Assembly: GCF_009914755.1 (NCBI RefSeq)
Contig: NC_060943.1
DNA: 64,000 nucleotides
From: the human T2T-CHM13v2.0 reference genome, Homo sapiens
Strand: one strand, 5' to 3'
Below, piece by piece: positions 39,570 to 60,269 of this stretch (position 1 is the first letter of the stretch; every line of letters starts with the position of its first letter). A program made the translations under genes and the position numbers. The notes under the pieces are model-generated. The model did not search any database, was not told the DNA's origin, and worked only from the letters and a program-made list of their open reading frames with translations.

Positions 39570-41735
39570 ATACATGCAGAATAAAAGTTGGACAAAAGTC
39601 ATATTCCCTCATGATAAATATGTGAATAAATTAGGTATAGGGCAAATGCACCTTAAGCCAATAAATGCCACATATAACAAAAATTGCACAGCTAACAACA
39701 TAGTAGATGGAGAAATGTTGTGAGCTTTTACTCTAAGAGCTAGAATAACACAAGGATGCACACTTTCTTCAGTCTTACTAAACAGAGTACTAAATGTTCA
39801 TGGCAGAGAAATTAGAAAATAAAATCAAAGGCATCCATATTGGAAAAAAATTAAATTATTGCTGCTTGCAGATGACATCTTAAGTATAGAAAAGCCTAAG
39901 ACTTTACTGAGAACCACTAGAATAAACAAATTTATTAAACTGGCAGAATATAAAATCAACATACAAAATTAGTAGCATTTCTATACACTAATGATTAACT
40001 ATCTGAAAATGAAATTAAAAACCAATCCCATCTACAATAACTGTAGTTACTAGACTTTGAATTAAATTTAACTAAAAAGTTGAAACATGTTACATTATAG
40101 GATAAAGAACCTTAAAGAAATTAAATAATACACAAATGAAAAAATTACACATATTTGCAAAAAACTATCAAAGTACCAGTGACACACTAAATAGAAAATT
40201 TTAAATATATATCTAAAATTATATATATATATATCTAAAATTTATATGGTACCACAAAATACCTGAATAGCCAAAACAACCAAGAAAAAAAAGACTGAAA
40301 TTATCACCCAAACTGACTTAGAAATATACTACAAAGCTATAGTAATCAAAATGGTATGGTACTTGAATAAAAATAAACACATACACAAATGAAGCAGAAA
40401 AGAGCAGAAACATATTCATGTATTTATAGCTAAATGATTTTAGAAATAGGTGACAGTTTCTTAGGGAAAGGACAGTATCTTCAGTAAATGGTGTTGAGAA
40501 AACTATATAGCCACATGAAGAGCAATAAAACAAGATCTGCATATCACATCATATATATAAATCAACTCAAAATAAATTAGATACTTAACTGTAAGGTTGA
40601 AACTGGAATTACTACAAAAAAAATATAGGGTGAAAGCCCTATAACATTGATCTGGACAGTGACTTTTTTGTTGTAATCTCAAAACCCCAGGAAAATAAGG
40701 GAAAAACAGATAAGTCATATTACTTCAAATTAAAAAGTTGCTGCACACAATTCTCATACAATTAACAGGATTAGACAACTGAAGAATCAGAGAAAATATA
40801 GGCAAATCATACATGAGACAAGCGTTTTGTTGTATACTAAAATTACTACACCAAAAAAAACTTAAAAATGAGCAAAAGGTTTGAATATTTTTCAAGACAT
40901 ACATATTGCCAAGCTATAAATAAAAAATGCTCAATATTAATTATCAGAAAAGGAAAGCAAAAAAAATTACTATGAGATATCAACTCACTCCTGTTAGAAT
41001 GACTCTTATTAAAAACTGTTAGTAAAGCTGTGCAGAAAAGGGAATGCTTGCACACTGTTGGGGTGAATATAAATGGGACAGCCATTATGAAAAACAAAAT
41101 AGAGATATCTCAAAAAATTTAAAATCAAACTATCAAATGCAGAAAGTGCAATATTGGATACATATCCAAAACAAAATCGGAATGAAGAAACATTTGCAAC
41201 TCTATGTTGTTTGCAACACTCTTCACAATGGCCAAAACATAAAATCAGTGGTTCAACATCTAATTAGCATATAAAGACAATGTGGTGTATATACACAACA
41301 AAATACTATTCATCTTTAAAAAAGAAAATGTAGTTTTCAATTACATGATTAATCTGGAGGACATTAGTTGAAGTAAGGCATAGATATTACTTTATAATTT
41401 CACTTACAGATGGATTCTAAAAAACTTAATCTCATTGAAGTAGAGAGTAACATAGTGACCACCAGATGCCAAGGTATTCAGAAAGTGAAGCTTGAAAATA
41501 AATCTGTCAAACAATACATAATTATAGTTGGGCAGGAGAAATAAGTTCAAACAATATGTTCTACAGCATAGTGACTATAGTTCATAATAATGTATTTGCA
41601 TTTTTTAAAAAAATTAAGACAATATCATGTGCTCTCACCACAAAGAGTTAACTATGTGAAGCATTACCTAAAATTGAGCATTTGACAATGTACATAGACT
41701 TCAAAATGTAATGTTTTACAAAATAAATACACATT
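39570..41735 (+). mobile_element. Old L1M (L1MA-like) ORF2 end and 3'UTR
   Basis: Degenerate RT region (gcagatgac near 39870) through the 3'UTR. Confidence 0.75.
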
Positions 41736-41786
41736 TATTTATTACAGATGGTAATGGTATGAAAGACACTAAAAGGGCAGGTGTTC

Positions 41787-42418
<632 letters not shown>

Positions 42419-42860
42419 AAAAAACAATTTTTCAAGTGCATTAAAAATACCAACTTTCTCATCAAAACATACAAAGTAGCATGTGAAATGACATGGCATT
42501 AAAAAAGTGAGAAAATTGTAGCTATAAAACAGAAAAAAAGAAGTGCTGTGATGTCATACAAAGTTGGAAAACACGTAAGACAAACCTGAAGATAAATGGA
42601 AAATAAGCAGAATTTTGCTTTATATTCAGCAAGATTCAGGTTTGCTGCCTAAAAAAAGATCCTATCCACATAAAGAATCAATGTTTCTTCTTTGTCATTT
42701 ATATTTTACATCTCTGACTTAAAGTTACAAAATAACTCTAACAGGAATATTTACAGATTATAAAACATCTGTTACTCGGCAAGCACTGTCATGTTTTTTG
42801 CTACATTTATATATTAAAACATCCTCATGACTTATGAAGCCTCCTTAGTACTTACCTGAA

Positions 42861-43958
42861 TGTTATGGGAAGTCAGGGACCCTGAACAGAGGGACCGGCT
42901 GGAGCCGTGGCAGAGGAACATAAATTGTTAAGATTTCATCTTAATATGGACATTTATCAGTTCTCAAATAATACTTTTGTAATTTCTTATGCCGGTCTTT
43001 AATCTCTTAATCCTGTTATCTTCATAAACTGAGGATGTACATCACCTCAGGACCACTGTGATAATTAACTGTACAGATTGATTGTAAAACGTGTGCTTGA
43101 AAAATATGAAACCAGTGCACCTTGAAAAATAACAGAATAGCGACTTTTATGGAACAAGGGAAGACAACCATAAGGTCTGACTGCCTGCGGGGTCGGGCAA
43201 AAAGAGCCATATTTTTCTTTTTGCAGAGGGCCTATAAATGGACGTGCAAGTAGGAAATATATCACCAAATTCTTTTCCTAGCAAGTAATATTAATACTCT
43301 GGGAAAAGAATGCATTCCTGGGGGAAGTCTATAAATGGCTGCTCTGGGAATGTCTGTCTTGTACAGTTCAGATAAGGACTGAGATAAGCCATGGTCTCCT
43401 GCAGAACCCTCAGGCTTACTAGGGTTGGGAAAACTCAACCCTGGTAAATTTGTGGTCAGACTGGTTCTCTGCTCTCCAACCGTTTTCAGTTGTTTATCAA
43501 GACAATACATGTACTACTGAACATACACCCTTATCAGTGGTTCTGCTTTTGCCCTTTGCCCTGTGATCTTTGTTGGACCCTTATCAGAGGTTCTGCTTTT
43601 GCCCTTTGATCTTTGTTGGAACCTTATTAGTGGTTCTGCGTTTGCCCTTTGCCCTGTTCCCTCAGAAACGTGATCTTTGTTAGACCCTTATCAGTGGTTC
43701 TGCTTTTTGCTCTTTGAAGCATGTGATCTTTGTACCTACTCTCTGTTCTTACACCCCCTCCCCTTTTGAAACCCTTAATAAAAACTTGCTGGTCTGAGAC
43801 TCAGGCAGGCATCATGGTCCTACTGATAGGTGATGTCACCCCTGGCAGCCCAGCTGTAAAATTCCTTTCTCTGTGTTATCTCTATTTCTCAGCCGGCTGA
43901 CACTTATGGAAAATAGAAAGAACCTACGTTGAAATATTGGGGGCGGGTTCCCCCAATA
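42861..43958 (+). mobile_element. MER11 solo LTR (HERV-K11/HML-8)
   Basis: Starts tgttatgggaagtcagggaccc, ends gggttcccccaata. 6-bp TSD cctgaa at 42855-42860 and 43959-43964. TATA-like tataaa and AATAAA present. Confidence 0.92.
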
Positions 43959-44689
43959 CCTGAACTGGCTCAATCAACAAATAAATTTACTTCTGTCAAT
44001 TATAAAAAGTGAAAGGAATAATAACTTAAATAGGCTTATATAAGGTTCTTCAATTAAAAGAACAAAATAGAATGTTTTAATTCAATAAAACAATACACTA
44101 ATTGTGGAACTACATCTAAAAATTATATTGTGTGCCCTACTAAATTTTATAAAAATAGTTTATATCTTTGACCACTTCACATAATGAAAACCTCATAAAC
44201 TATAAAAGAAAAAAAATTGTAAGAAACAACAAAAAAATGTGGGCTAGGCATGAGTACCAATCAAGTAAAAACAAAACTTGCATAAGATTTTGAACCCATA
44301 AGCCATACTATTTTACAGTAATTCAGTAGAAAGGGTATAGATTTGCTTTCTGCATTTTTGAGGTTTATAGTTTTCTAGTAAATTAGTTACCTTACTAAAA
44401 TGTTTTGTTCCAATATTGCTCTTTTCTTCTGAAAATAGGAACAAATTTATACTCAAACATGCTTACTTACTCCATAATTTTCTTACACCTAGGGTTTAAC
44501 TTAAGAGTAATGTATGTATATATTTAACTTTATGTAAGTCAAAACTAACAAGTCTGTATGTGTTTGCAGGCAGAGAAACAACATGTTCAAAAATACATAT
44601 AACAATTTTTTTAATGCTTATTTAGGACTCAGAATGTGTGGACTTTATTTATACTTCTATATAATTTTTAGCATAACCATAAAAATAGC

Positions 44690-44890
44690 CCTGTAGTCAA
44701 TAACAATTGTACATTAAAAAAAACTAAAACTGTAGAATTGGTTTATAATACAAAGGATAAATGCTGGAGATGATGGATACTTAATTTTTCCTGATGTAAT
44801 TATTACACATTATATGTCTGTATCAAAATGTGCTATATATGGCATAAATATACACATACAATGTATCCACAAAAATTAAAAAGTATAAAC
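44690..44890 (+). mobile_element. L1MA 3' end fragment
   Basis: caaaggataaatgct..gatgatggatac..cctgatgtaattattacacatt..tgtatcaaaat. Confidence 0.7.
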
Positions 44891-45684
44891 TTAGATGAGA
44901 AATAAATATTTAACCTATGAGAACATTCTTTAACCTCCTTGCAGTTTAAAGTCACTGGCAAAAGGGATTACTAGAAATGTTTGTCCATTATGTTACCAAA
45001 TAGTATGTTACCATCTTTTGCCTACACCAGTGAGTAAAGTGAAATAGGCTAAAGTTAATGGCATACTAACTTTATTAAATGCAGTTTTATAAATGTTAAA
45101 TAAAATCTTAATAAAATATTAAGTTCACACATAACTTAAAATTTTAAGAACGTACATTTTATTACATAAAAGTACAATTAGTAAAATAATTTACTAATTT
45201 TAACTAAAATTTAAAATGCTTTTTTCTCACTATAATGCAGAATATTACCCTGAACACCCACCTCATGTGTCACTTATATTAACAAAAAGAGCCTCTCCAC
45301 TTAGATTTTTATGTGTGTTACATTTTAATGTCCTTACCCTTCCATAAAAAAGATCATAATGCCCAACTAATAAAAAAAAATTCTCCTATCTCTGATGCAA
45401 CAATTAGTCACAAGTTGAATACAATAGAAATGAAGAAAACAAGAAGAGTTTTGAATTTTGAGAGTTGAATTACATTATTCATGTTGCAAATAATCTGTAT
45501 TTTTTAAGGAAAAAGTATACTTTCAATGTAATTATAACTTTTCAAAAAATTTTCTACACCTTTTAAAGTTATACACAAATAATTTATCTAACAACTTTAG
45601 TTCTGGATTATTTTTTATACTCAGCATTCTGATTTACTGTAATGTCTGAAGTGTCAGTGCCTTAGATATTTCTGAGCTATCTGA

Positions 45685-46130
<446 letters not shown>

Positions 46131-46169
46131 TGCAGAAATATATTTTAGTACTAACTCTCTGGTGTTTTC

Positions 46170-48258
<2,089 letters not shown>

Positions 48259-48478
48259 TTACAGACTCAGATAAATATACTTTCCAAACCTAACTTATAA
48301 AATTACACAAACTACATAAGCAAGATGGCACCACAGGCCATAATTAAGTGTATGCATTGCCCCAGGTGAGCACAATGCAAAGAGCCACGTAGAAAAAAAA
48401 AAAAAAATTCTGTCACATTTACCCAACACAGCTTTTTCTACTCCCCAATATAACATAATGTTTTCAGAAGTAAATTAC

Positions 48479-48790
<312 letters not shown>

Positions 48791-48804
48791 TCAATTATTT
48801 ACAT

Positions 48805-49227
48805 ATAGAGGAATACCTGAGAGTAGATAATTTATAAAGAAAAAAGGTTTATTTGGCTCACAGTCCGGCAGACTGTACAAAAAGCATGTGCCAGCATCTG
48901 CTTCTGGTGAGGGTCTCAGGAAGCTTACAATCACAGTGCAATGCACAGATTAACTGGACACATCACATGGTAAGATACAAAGCAAGTGTCAGGTAAAGAA
49001 GCCAGGTTTTTTTTTTTTTTAAATGAACTAGCTCTTACTTGAATTAACAGAGTGTAAACTTACTGATTAACAAGAAGATAGTGCCAAGCCATTCATGAGG
49101 AACTTTCCCTCATGACCTAAGCACCTCCCACTAGGTCCCATATTCACCTTCTATCAGGACCCAAATCAACAATGATGATTACATTGCAATATGAGGTTTG
49201 GAGAACATAGACATCCAAGCCATATCA
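48805..49227 (-). mobile_element. MST (MaLR) solo LTR in ZNF675 intron 3
   Basis: taatttataaagaaaaaaggtttatttggctcacagt..ccagcatctgcttctggtgaggg..caggaagcttacaatc, ending ccaagccatatca (reverse complement of TGATATGG..). Confidence 0.85.
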
Positions 49228-49354
49228 CAGACCAAATAGGCTTAACAGACCTGTACAAACCTTTTCAATCAAAAGCAAGAGAATACACAATATTTTTCTT
49301 TGCACCTGGTGTATTCTGTTAGGACACAAATCAAGTCTTATTAAATTTAAGAAT

Positions 49355-49641
<287 letters not shown>

Positions 49642-49856
49642 TTAGGAAAACCAAAATTATAAACATTTTCTGACCAAAAGTGAATAAAACAAAAAATTAA
49701 AAGGAAAAGTAAAATTGGCAAATTGAAAAATATATGAAAATAAAACAGTGTTCAACATATTCTTGGCTCAAGGGCCAAAACACTTAATTTTTCAAAAATG
49801 TCAATGCAACCAAAAGTGGTGAACAAATTCAACATAATCTCTATAAAAAATGCATT

Positions 49857-50200
<344 letters not shown>

Positions 50201-50481
50201 TCAGCCTTAAATAAATCTAGTCAACATTTTAAGATAAACTTTGAGAATATTATATCACCTGAAGTAAGCCAGTAACAAAATGATGTATACTATATGATTC
50301 CACTTATGTGAGATATCTTAGTCACACTCATAGAAAGTGCAAGGGTGTTTGTCAACGGCTGGAGAGAGGATAAAATGGGCAGTTGTTAATGGGTATTGAG
50401 TTTTAGTTTCACAAGATGAAAAATTTATAGAAGTCTTTTGCATAACAATACAAATATACTAAACATGGCTGAAATGTACAG

Positions 50482-50774
50482 TTTTTTTGAGACAGGTTCT
50501 CACTCTGTCATTCAAGTTTGAGTAAAGTGGCACAATTATGGCTCACTGTAGCCTCAAACTGCCAGGCTAAAGTAATCCTGCACCATCAATCTCCCAAAAA
50601 GCTGGGACCACAGGTGCACACCACCATGCCTGGCTATTTTTAAAAATTTTTTGTAGACAGAGAATCTCCATACGTTTCCCAGGCTAGTCTCATACTTTTG
50701 GGCTCAAGCAATTCTCCTGCCTTGGCCTCCCAAAATCCTGGGATCAAAGATGTGAGCCACTACCATGCCTGGCC
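50482..50774 (-). mobile_element. AluJ
   Basis: Diverged dimer. TSD ctgaaat(g/)taca. Confidence 0.82.
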
Positions 50775-50970
50775 CTGAAATACACACTTCAATAGATTTT
50801 AGATGGTAAAATTTATGTGGTTTTACAATTAAATTTTTTAAAAGAAAAAATGGAAAAAATACAGAATTATAAATCTTTACATGAATTACCTTCAAATCAC
50901 AAAAGTGTTTCTCTCACACAAAAGAAATATATATTTATTATTAAACACATGGTGAAAATAAGACTATCTC

Positions 50971-51268
50971 ACCGGGTGTGGTGGCTCACGCCTTGTAATC
51001 CCAGTACTTTGGGAGGCCAAGGCAGGTGGCTCACCTGAGGTCGGGAGTTGGAGACCAGCCTGACCACATGGAGAAACCTCGTCTCTACTAAAAATACAAA
51101 AAATTAGCTGGGCGTGGTGGCGCATGCCTGTAATCCCAGCTGCTTGGGAGGCTGAAGCAGGAGAATCACTTCAACCTGGGAGGCAGAGGTTGCAGTGGGC
51201 GGAGATCACACCACTGCACTCCAGCCTGGGCAACAAGAGTAAAACTCCATCTCAAAAGAACAAAAAAG
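50971..51268 (+). mobile_element. AluSp
   Basis: Dimer. TSD aagactatctc. Confidence 0.88.
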
Positions 51269-51615
51269 ACTATCTCCATGACTAATCACTTAGACAAGAT
51301 AAAACAATCATTGAAAATCAGCTAAGAAAGAATACATACAAGATAAGCCATAACCAAAATTGGGGTCATATTCATAGATAAACACACATATGTAATCTGA
51401 TTGGGATAGATATGTGGCTGATTTATTTCTTAATTAAATCCCACAAAGTGTACAAACAATTGCAAATTGTCTAAAATGGTAAAACAAAAAAACAATAAAC
51501 AGATGTCAAACTGAAAAAACACATTAATATGGAATGGCAAAACCATAGTAAGAGAAACATTTACTCATAAAATCTTGCAGGCAACACTGATGTACCATTA
51601 AAAATGATGTGTCTA

Positions 51616-51925
51616 GGCCAGATGCAGTGGCTCACGTCTGTAATCCCAGCACATTAGGAGGTGAGGCTGGCAGATCACAAGTTCAGGGGTTTGAGACCAG
51701 ACTCGGCAACACGGTGAAACCCTGTCTCTACTAAAAATGCAAAAAAATTAGCCAGGTGTGGTGGCGCACACCTGTAATCCTAGATACTCAGGAGGTGGAG
51801 ATAGGAGAATTGCTTTAACCCAGTAGGCAGAGGTTGGAGTGAGTCAAGATTGCACCATTGCACTCCAGCCTGGGAAACAGGAGCAAAACTCCATCTCAAA
51901 ATTAAAAAAAAAAAACAAAAAACAA
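51616..51925 (+). mobile_element. AluS
   Basis: Dimer. Confidence 0.86.
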
Positions 51926-51936
51926 AGGAAATTTTG

Positions 51937-52221
51937 GGCCAGGCTCTGTGGCTCACACCTGTACCAGAACTTTGGGAGGCCAAGGAAGATGGATCACGAG
52001 GTCAGGAGTTCAAGACCAGCTTGGCCAACATGGTGAAACCCCATCTCTACTAAAAGTACAAAAATTAGCCAGGCATGGTGGCATGTGCCTATAGTCCCAG
52101 CTACTCAGGAGGGTGAGACAGGAGAATCACTTGAACCTGGGAGGTGGAGGTTGCAGTAAGCAGAGATTGTACCACTGAACTTCAGGCTGGACGACAGGGC
52201 GAGACTCTGTCTCAAAAAAAA
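51937..52221 (+). mobile_element. AluSg-like
   Basis: Dimer. TSD gaaatttt. Confidence 0.86.
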
Positions 52222-52315
52222 GACAGAAATTTTACGTCTTAAATATATGCTATTGTTACACAAAACAAAACTGCTGTAATCCAACTTTAGAAGCAAAAAA
52301 ATAGCCTTACATTGC

Positions 52316-52602
52316 TATATATATATCTATAGATATCTATAGAGATATAGATCTATATCTCTATAGATATATAGATATATCTATAGATCTAGATCTATAT
52401 CTCTATAGATATATAGATATATCTATATAGATATAGAAATAGATCTATAGATCTATAGATATAGATCTATAGATATCTATAGATATAGATCTATAGATAC
52501 CGATCTATAGATATAGATCTCTAGAGATCTATAGATATAGATCTATAGATAGAGATCTATATCTATATATATAAAATGTTAAATATATAAAAATATATAT
52601 AT
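52316..52602. repeat. AT-rich palindromic low-complexity repeat (AGATCT/CTATAG/GATATC units)
   Basis: Directly visible. 38-bp perfect palindrome at 52333-52370. Confidence 0.9.
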
Positions 52603-52899
52603 TGCAGAATATGGTTAGAGTGTCTGATATATAAAACAAACATCTGCGAATAAATTATATTATTTAGATACAGGCTGGACAAAATGGGTGCAAATCATAG
52701 AATTATTTTTTCCTACATCAAGCCTAAATTTATAAGTAACAGTTTTAGTAAATATGGAGTGCCTACAAATTATCTAATTTACTTTAGACATTACATGTAA
52801 ATTCTAGCATATTGTTCTAAATTTCTAAATCTAAAATTACAGACAAAATTGAAACAGAAAATGGAGAATAAAAATGTATAGCAGGAGTGAAATTGGTAA

Positions 52900-54874
<1,975 letters not shown>

Positions 54875-54974
54875 CCTTGAGCCGATGCCCAGCCCTTTAT
54901 AATTTCAAGACTACATTAGAAGACTATAGAAATACAAACAAGTAAAATGTGTAGAAAAATGAAAAAAAAAAAGG

Positions 54975-55263
54975 GGCGGGGAATAGTGGCTCACACCTGT
55001 AATCCCAGCACTTTGGGAAGCCAAGGCAAGCAAATGACCTGAGGGCAGGAGTTTGAGACCAGCCTGGCCAACATGGTGAAACCCCATCTCTACTAAAAAC
55101 ACAAAATTAGCCGGGTGTGGTGGCACGTGCTTGTAATCCCAGCTATTTGGGAGGCTGAGACAGGAGAACTACTTAAACCCAAGAGGCAAAAGTTACAGTG
55201 AGTCCAGACTGTAGCACTGTACCCCAGCCTGGGCTACAGAGCAAGACTCTGTCTCAAAAAAAA
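54975..55263 (+). mobile_element. AluS
   Basis: Dimer. Confidence 0.86.
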
Positions 55264-55674
55264 AGAAGGAAAGAAAACAATAGAAAAGAAACCACTTCTC
55301 ATACGTTTCAGACAAGATGGAAAAAAAGAACTTAAAAAATCATTTAACAGTTTCTCAAAATTATGTAGGTATTTCTGTGCCTCCAAAAAAAATGAGTAAG
55401 GATTCAGATTGCACAGTCTCTTGTATGCCATGAAGCGGACACTGGTTCTCACCGAAAACTTAAAGGAAAATTACCAAAAATGTAAACAGAAACCTTAGAG
55501 AATTTAAAAGCATAAGACAGAAAATGCTCAAATGTGAGAGCATAAAATACTCAGGCTTTCCAGAAATTATTTCCTTTAAAACACGGCTTCCCAAATCACA
55601 TTTTAAGGACTGGCTTTCTCTTTGACCTTTGGACCTCTCATCAGTGTCACCTGTTGTATTCACTTTCATTCTCA

Positions 55675-55878
<204 letters not shown>

Positions 55879-56262
55879 TTAATCCCAAAATACTGACTTA
55901 TAACAGAAATTTTTAAATACTTAGAAAATATTCTAAATTTGTAGGTTCTTAATTTCACTACCCAGTACTACTGAATCAAAACTTGGTGTTGGCAATTAGA
56001 TTTTAAGGTGTGGGCAACAATATTTTATGCCACTAAACTTCTGAAATTACCACTAGAGTGAAGGACACAGATCAGCTCAGGAATGTGTTAAGTTCAGATC
56101 AAGATGAAACATACTAAAGAAATTCTTCTCTATACAGACAAATCCTTAAGATTTTCTCAAAAACAGGGATCTGAAACTCATTTATGCAAAGCATACATTA
56201 CCAAAATATATTCTACAAAGAAGAGAAATGAAACCTTTACGGTATATTAGAAACTGTCTGTT

Positions 56263-56750
<488 letters not shown>

Positions 56751-56973
56751 TCACCAGGTAGCCAACAGAGATTATAATTTGACTCAAGGTAAAATGAGAG
56801 ACTAAAGAGAACAGGTTCTGATTTATAGGAGTGACTGAAATTATCCAATAAAATCATATTTTTTACACAGAAATATTTCCTAATGTGTTCTCTAACCCTG
56901 AGAAAACAGAGTGGCACAAGAGCCACAACACCAGTGTATATATAATAATTTTCTAAATAATAACATATATAAT

Positions 56974-57288
56974 AGGTCAGGCACAGTGGCTCATGCCTTT
57001 AATCCCAGCACTTTGGGAGGCCGAGGCGGGCAGATTACCTGAGGTCGGGAGTTCCAAGACCCACCTGACCAACATGGAGAAACCCAATCTCTACTAAAAA
57101 TACAAAATTAGCCAGGTGTGGTGGCGCATGCATGTAATCCCAGCTACTCAGGAGGCTGAGGCAGGAGAATCACGAGAATGGCTTGAACCTGGGAGGTGGA
57201 GGCTGTGGTGAGTGGAGATTGCAGTGAGCTGAGATCGTACCATTGCACTCCAGCGTGGGCAACAAGAGTGAGACTCCATCTCAAAAAA
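56974..57288 (+). mobile_element. AluSp with two small internal duplications
   Basis: gagaatcac-gagaatg and a repeated ggagg..gtgag segment. Confidence 0.86.
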
Positions 57289-58233
57289 ATACATAATTAA
57301 GGGCATAAACACAAACACGTAGCTTTTTGAGTGCTTCACAAGCTTCTGTGTAATAAATGCTATCTTGTTTAAATAATAGCTAATTGAGAACACAGATGGA
57401 GCCTCAACATTAGATGCTCTCCATTTTTACTAAGGACCGCAGGTTTTCCCAATAGAAATGTTGAGTTATCTACACCTTTGCATGTTCAATAGCCACAGGT
57501 AACATTTTTAATATTGCAGATTATAAAATAATCGTGAGAATTCTGCATGGCATATAAGAAGTCATGATGTAGAGAAGCCTCTGGTATATGGAAAAGAAGT
57601 ATTTTTCAGAGACTCTTGACTATCATAAGAGTTTTTATAAGTAGTTAAAACAAACTCATTAGGGAGAAAAAACCCAAGTAGAGAAGTCAAAGTTTGCAAG
57701 TACTAAACGCATGGCATTCCAGGAGGCAGAGCGGACACAGCTCTTGATCTGAGACATGTTTAACTGAAAAAAAGCCATTTTTTCCTTTCTCTGAAAATTC
57801 TTTTCACATGCGATTCTCTGGACAAATTACATCTGCATCTGGAGAATATGCCTTTAAAGGTATCAGCACCACATGTTTACCTGGTACCACCACACTCACA
57901 GGCAGAAGGACCAAGACTCACAGAAAAAGTCCACCCATTTCTGTCCTTCATACCAGAAGCAATTCAGGAACCATGAGCTGCTCCACGGAGATAAAAGTAA
58001 AAGTTCCTTTTCTTCTGTCCTCAGGTGCCCTCCCCTGCCATGGACATCAGCAATTTCTGCTACAGCAATGAAAATACGGACCACACTTTCCTGTCACTAC
58101 CAAACCAAACAGAACCAGCCCTTTGACCATTCTTTAGAGCAAAGGTAGAACTCTCATGAATATATCTTGAACCCCTCATACTTGATTTTGGCCTCATGTT
58201 AGAGTCACAAGAGGCACTTAATTAAAACAACAT

Positions 58234-58531
58234 GGGCGGGAACAGTGGCTCACACCTGTAATCGCAGCACTTTGGGAGGCCAAAGTGGGCAGATCACTCG
58301 AGGCCAGGAGTTTGAGAACAACCTGGCCAACACGGCAAAACCCCATCTCTACTAAAAATACACAAATTAGCCAGGCATAATGGTACGTGCCTGTAATCTC
58401 AGCTACTTGGAAGGCAGAGGCAGGAGAATCGTTTAAACCTGGCAGGCGAATGTTGCAGTAACCTCAGGTCGCACCACTGTACTCCAGCCTGAGCAACGGA
58501 GTGAGACTCCGTCTCAAAAACAAAAAACAAA
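58234..58531 (+). mobile_element. AluS
   Basis: Dimer. Confidence 0.86.
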
Positions 58532-58626
58532 ACATGATACCTCCGCCCAGAAGAATAAACAGACCTGTGGATAGGGCACAAGTAGATATTTCTGCAAACT
58601 GGCCATGTAATCTTAATTAGAAACCT

Positions 58627-58944
<318 letters not shown>

Positions 58945-59069
58945 TTAGCTGGGCATTGCCTTTAAAGCTTTAATGGGCTTAAAAAATACTTGGAAACTGT
59001 GGCTCCACTCTCTGTGATGTAATTCTGCAGACTTAGGGTTCATGAGTGGTTTTTTTGTTCTTTGGGTTT

Positions 59070-59365
59070 TTGTGTGTGTGTGTGATGGAGTGTCGCTCTG
59101 TAGCGCAGGCTGGAGTGCAGTGGCGTGATCTCGACTCACTGCAACCTCCGCCCCCTGGGTTCAAGCGATTCTCCTGCCTCAGCCTTGAGTAGCTGGGATA
59201 ACACAGGCGCCTGCCACCACAAGCAGCTAATTTTTTGTGTATTTTAAGTAGAGGCAGGGTTTCACCATGTGGGTCAGGCTGGTCTCAAACTCCAGACCTC
59301 TAGTGATTCGCCCAACTTGGCCTCCCAAAGTGCTGGGATTAAAGGCATGAGCCATGGCAGCCAGC
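59070..59365 (-). mobile_element. AluS with (TG)n tail
   Basis: Dimer. Confidence 0.86.
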
Positions 59366-59619
59366 CATTAATGGGTATTTTAAACCCATTAATGTTCCCT
59401 ATCAATTGCTCTTCTGGGGCTCATGATTAGCATTAGAGAAAGCAGGCACAGCATGGAGTCCCTTACACTCAGCACTCTTGTTACAACACAAATACTTCTC
59501 AAATGAAGACTACCAATTTTCATATTCTTTGCTGGCTCTTTAAAGTTTACAGAATAAACAGAAGGCAGCAACATCTAAATAAGTCTGCATGTGGAAACCA
59601 TGAGGTACACATGTACTAA

Positions 59620-60246
59620 TGAGGCAGGAGAATAGGGTCTGGAGGCAGGGAACCTAAGACCATTTCACACCGAATTCCTAGACCTAAATGGAAAGGAAAA
59701 CTAACTTTCCATGCCTAAGTAACAAAAAGACCAGAGGCTATTGCCTTTGCAAATCCCCACCTTTTCTGTGAGGCAGATAGGAAATTGGCTGTCCACAACC
59801 ATTCAGACTGATTGTGGGCTGAGTCTCTATTTGAATAAAAGTGACACTTTGTAACTTCACCTTAGCCTCTAATTGGTTGCTTTTGCAATCAATTGGATAT
59901 TTGCAGAGGATTGTGACCTTTTTAACTTTGCTTCAGCATCTGATTGGTTTCTTCCTGCAACTAATCAGAGCAATTGTGGGCCACCACTTCATTTACATGA
60001 GGTGAGCACCAAGTGGCCAATGGGAAACCTCTAGGGGATATCTGAACCCAAGAAAATTCTGTTGTCTGGGACCTTAAGCCATTGTTCGGGCCCACTTTCA
60101 CACTGCAGAGTGTAATTTCATTTTCAATAAACCCGTTTTGTTCCTTTGTTGCTTCATTCTTTTCTTGCTTTGCTGTTTCATCCAATTCTTTGTTCAAAAG
60201 GCCAAGAATCTGGACAACTTGCAGTCAAGACCCTCTACTGTTAACT
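59620..60246 (+). mobile_element. MER51-family (MER51B-like) 5' LTR, ERV1
   Basis: Starts tgaggcaggagaatagggtctggaggcagggaacctaag. Several ATTGG boxes. AATAAA near 60126. Followed directly by a PBS. Confidence 0.8.
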
Positions 60247-60251
60247 TATTT

Positions 60252-60269
60252 TGGTGAGCCAGGCAGGAG
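60252..60269 (+). promoter_or_regulatory. Retroviral primer-binding site, tRNA-Arg(ACG)-like
   Basis: tggtgagccaggcaggag vs TGGCGAGCCAGCCAGGAG (2 mismatches), just after the LTR. Confidence 0.75.
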
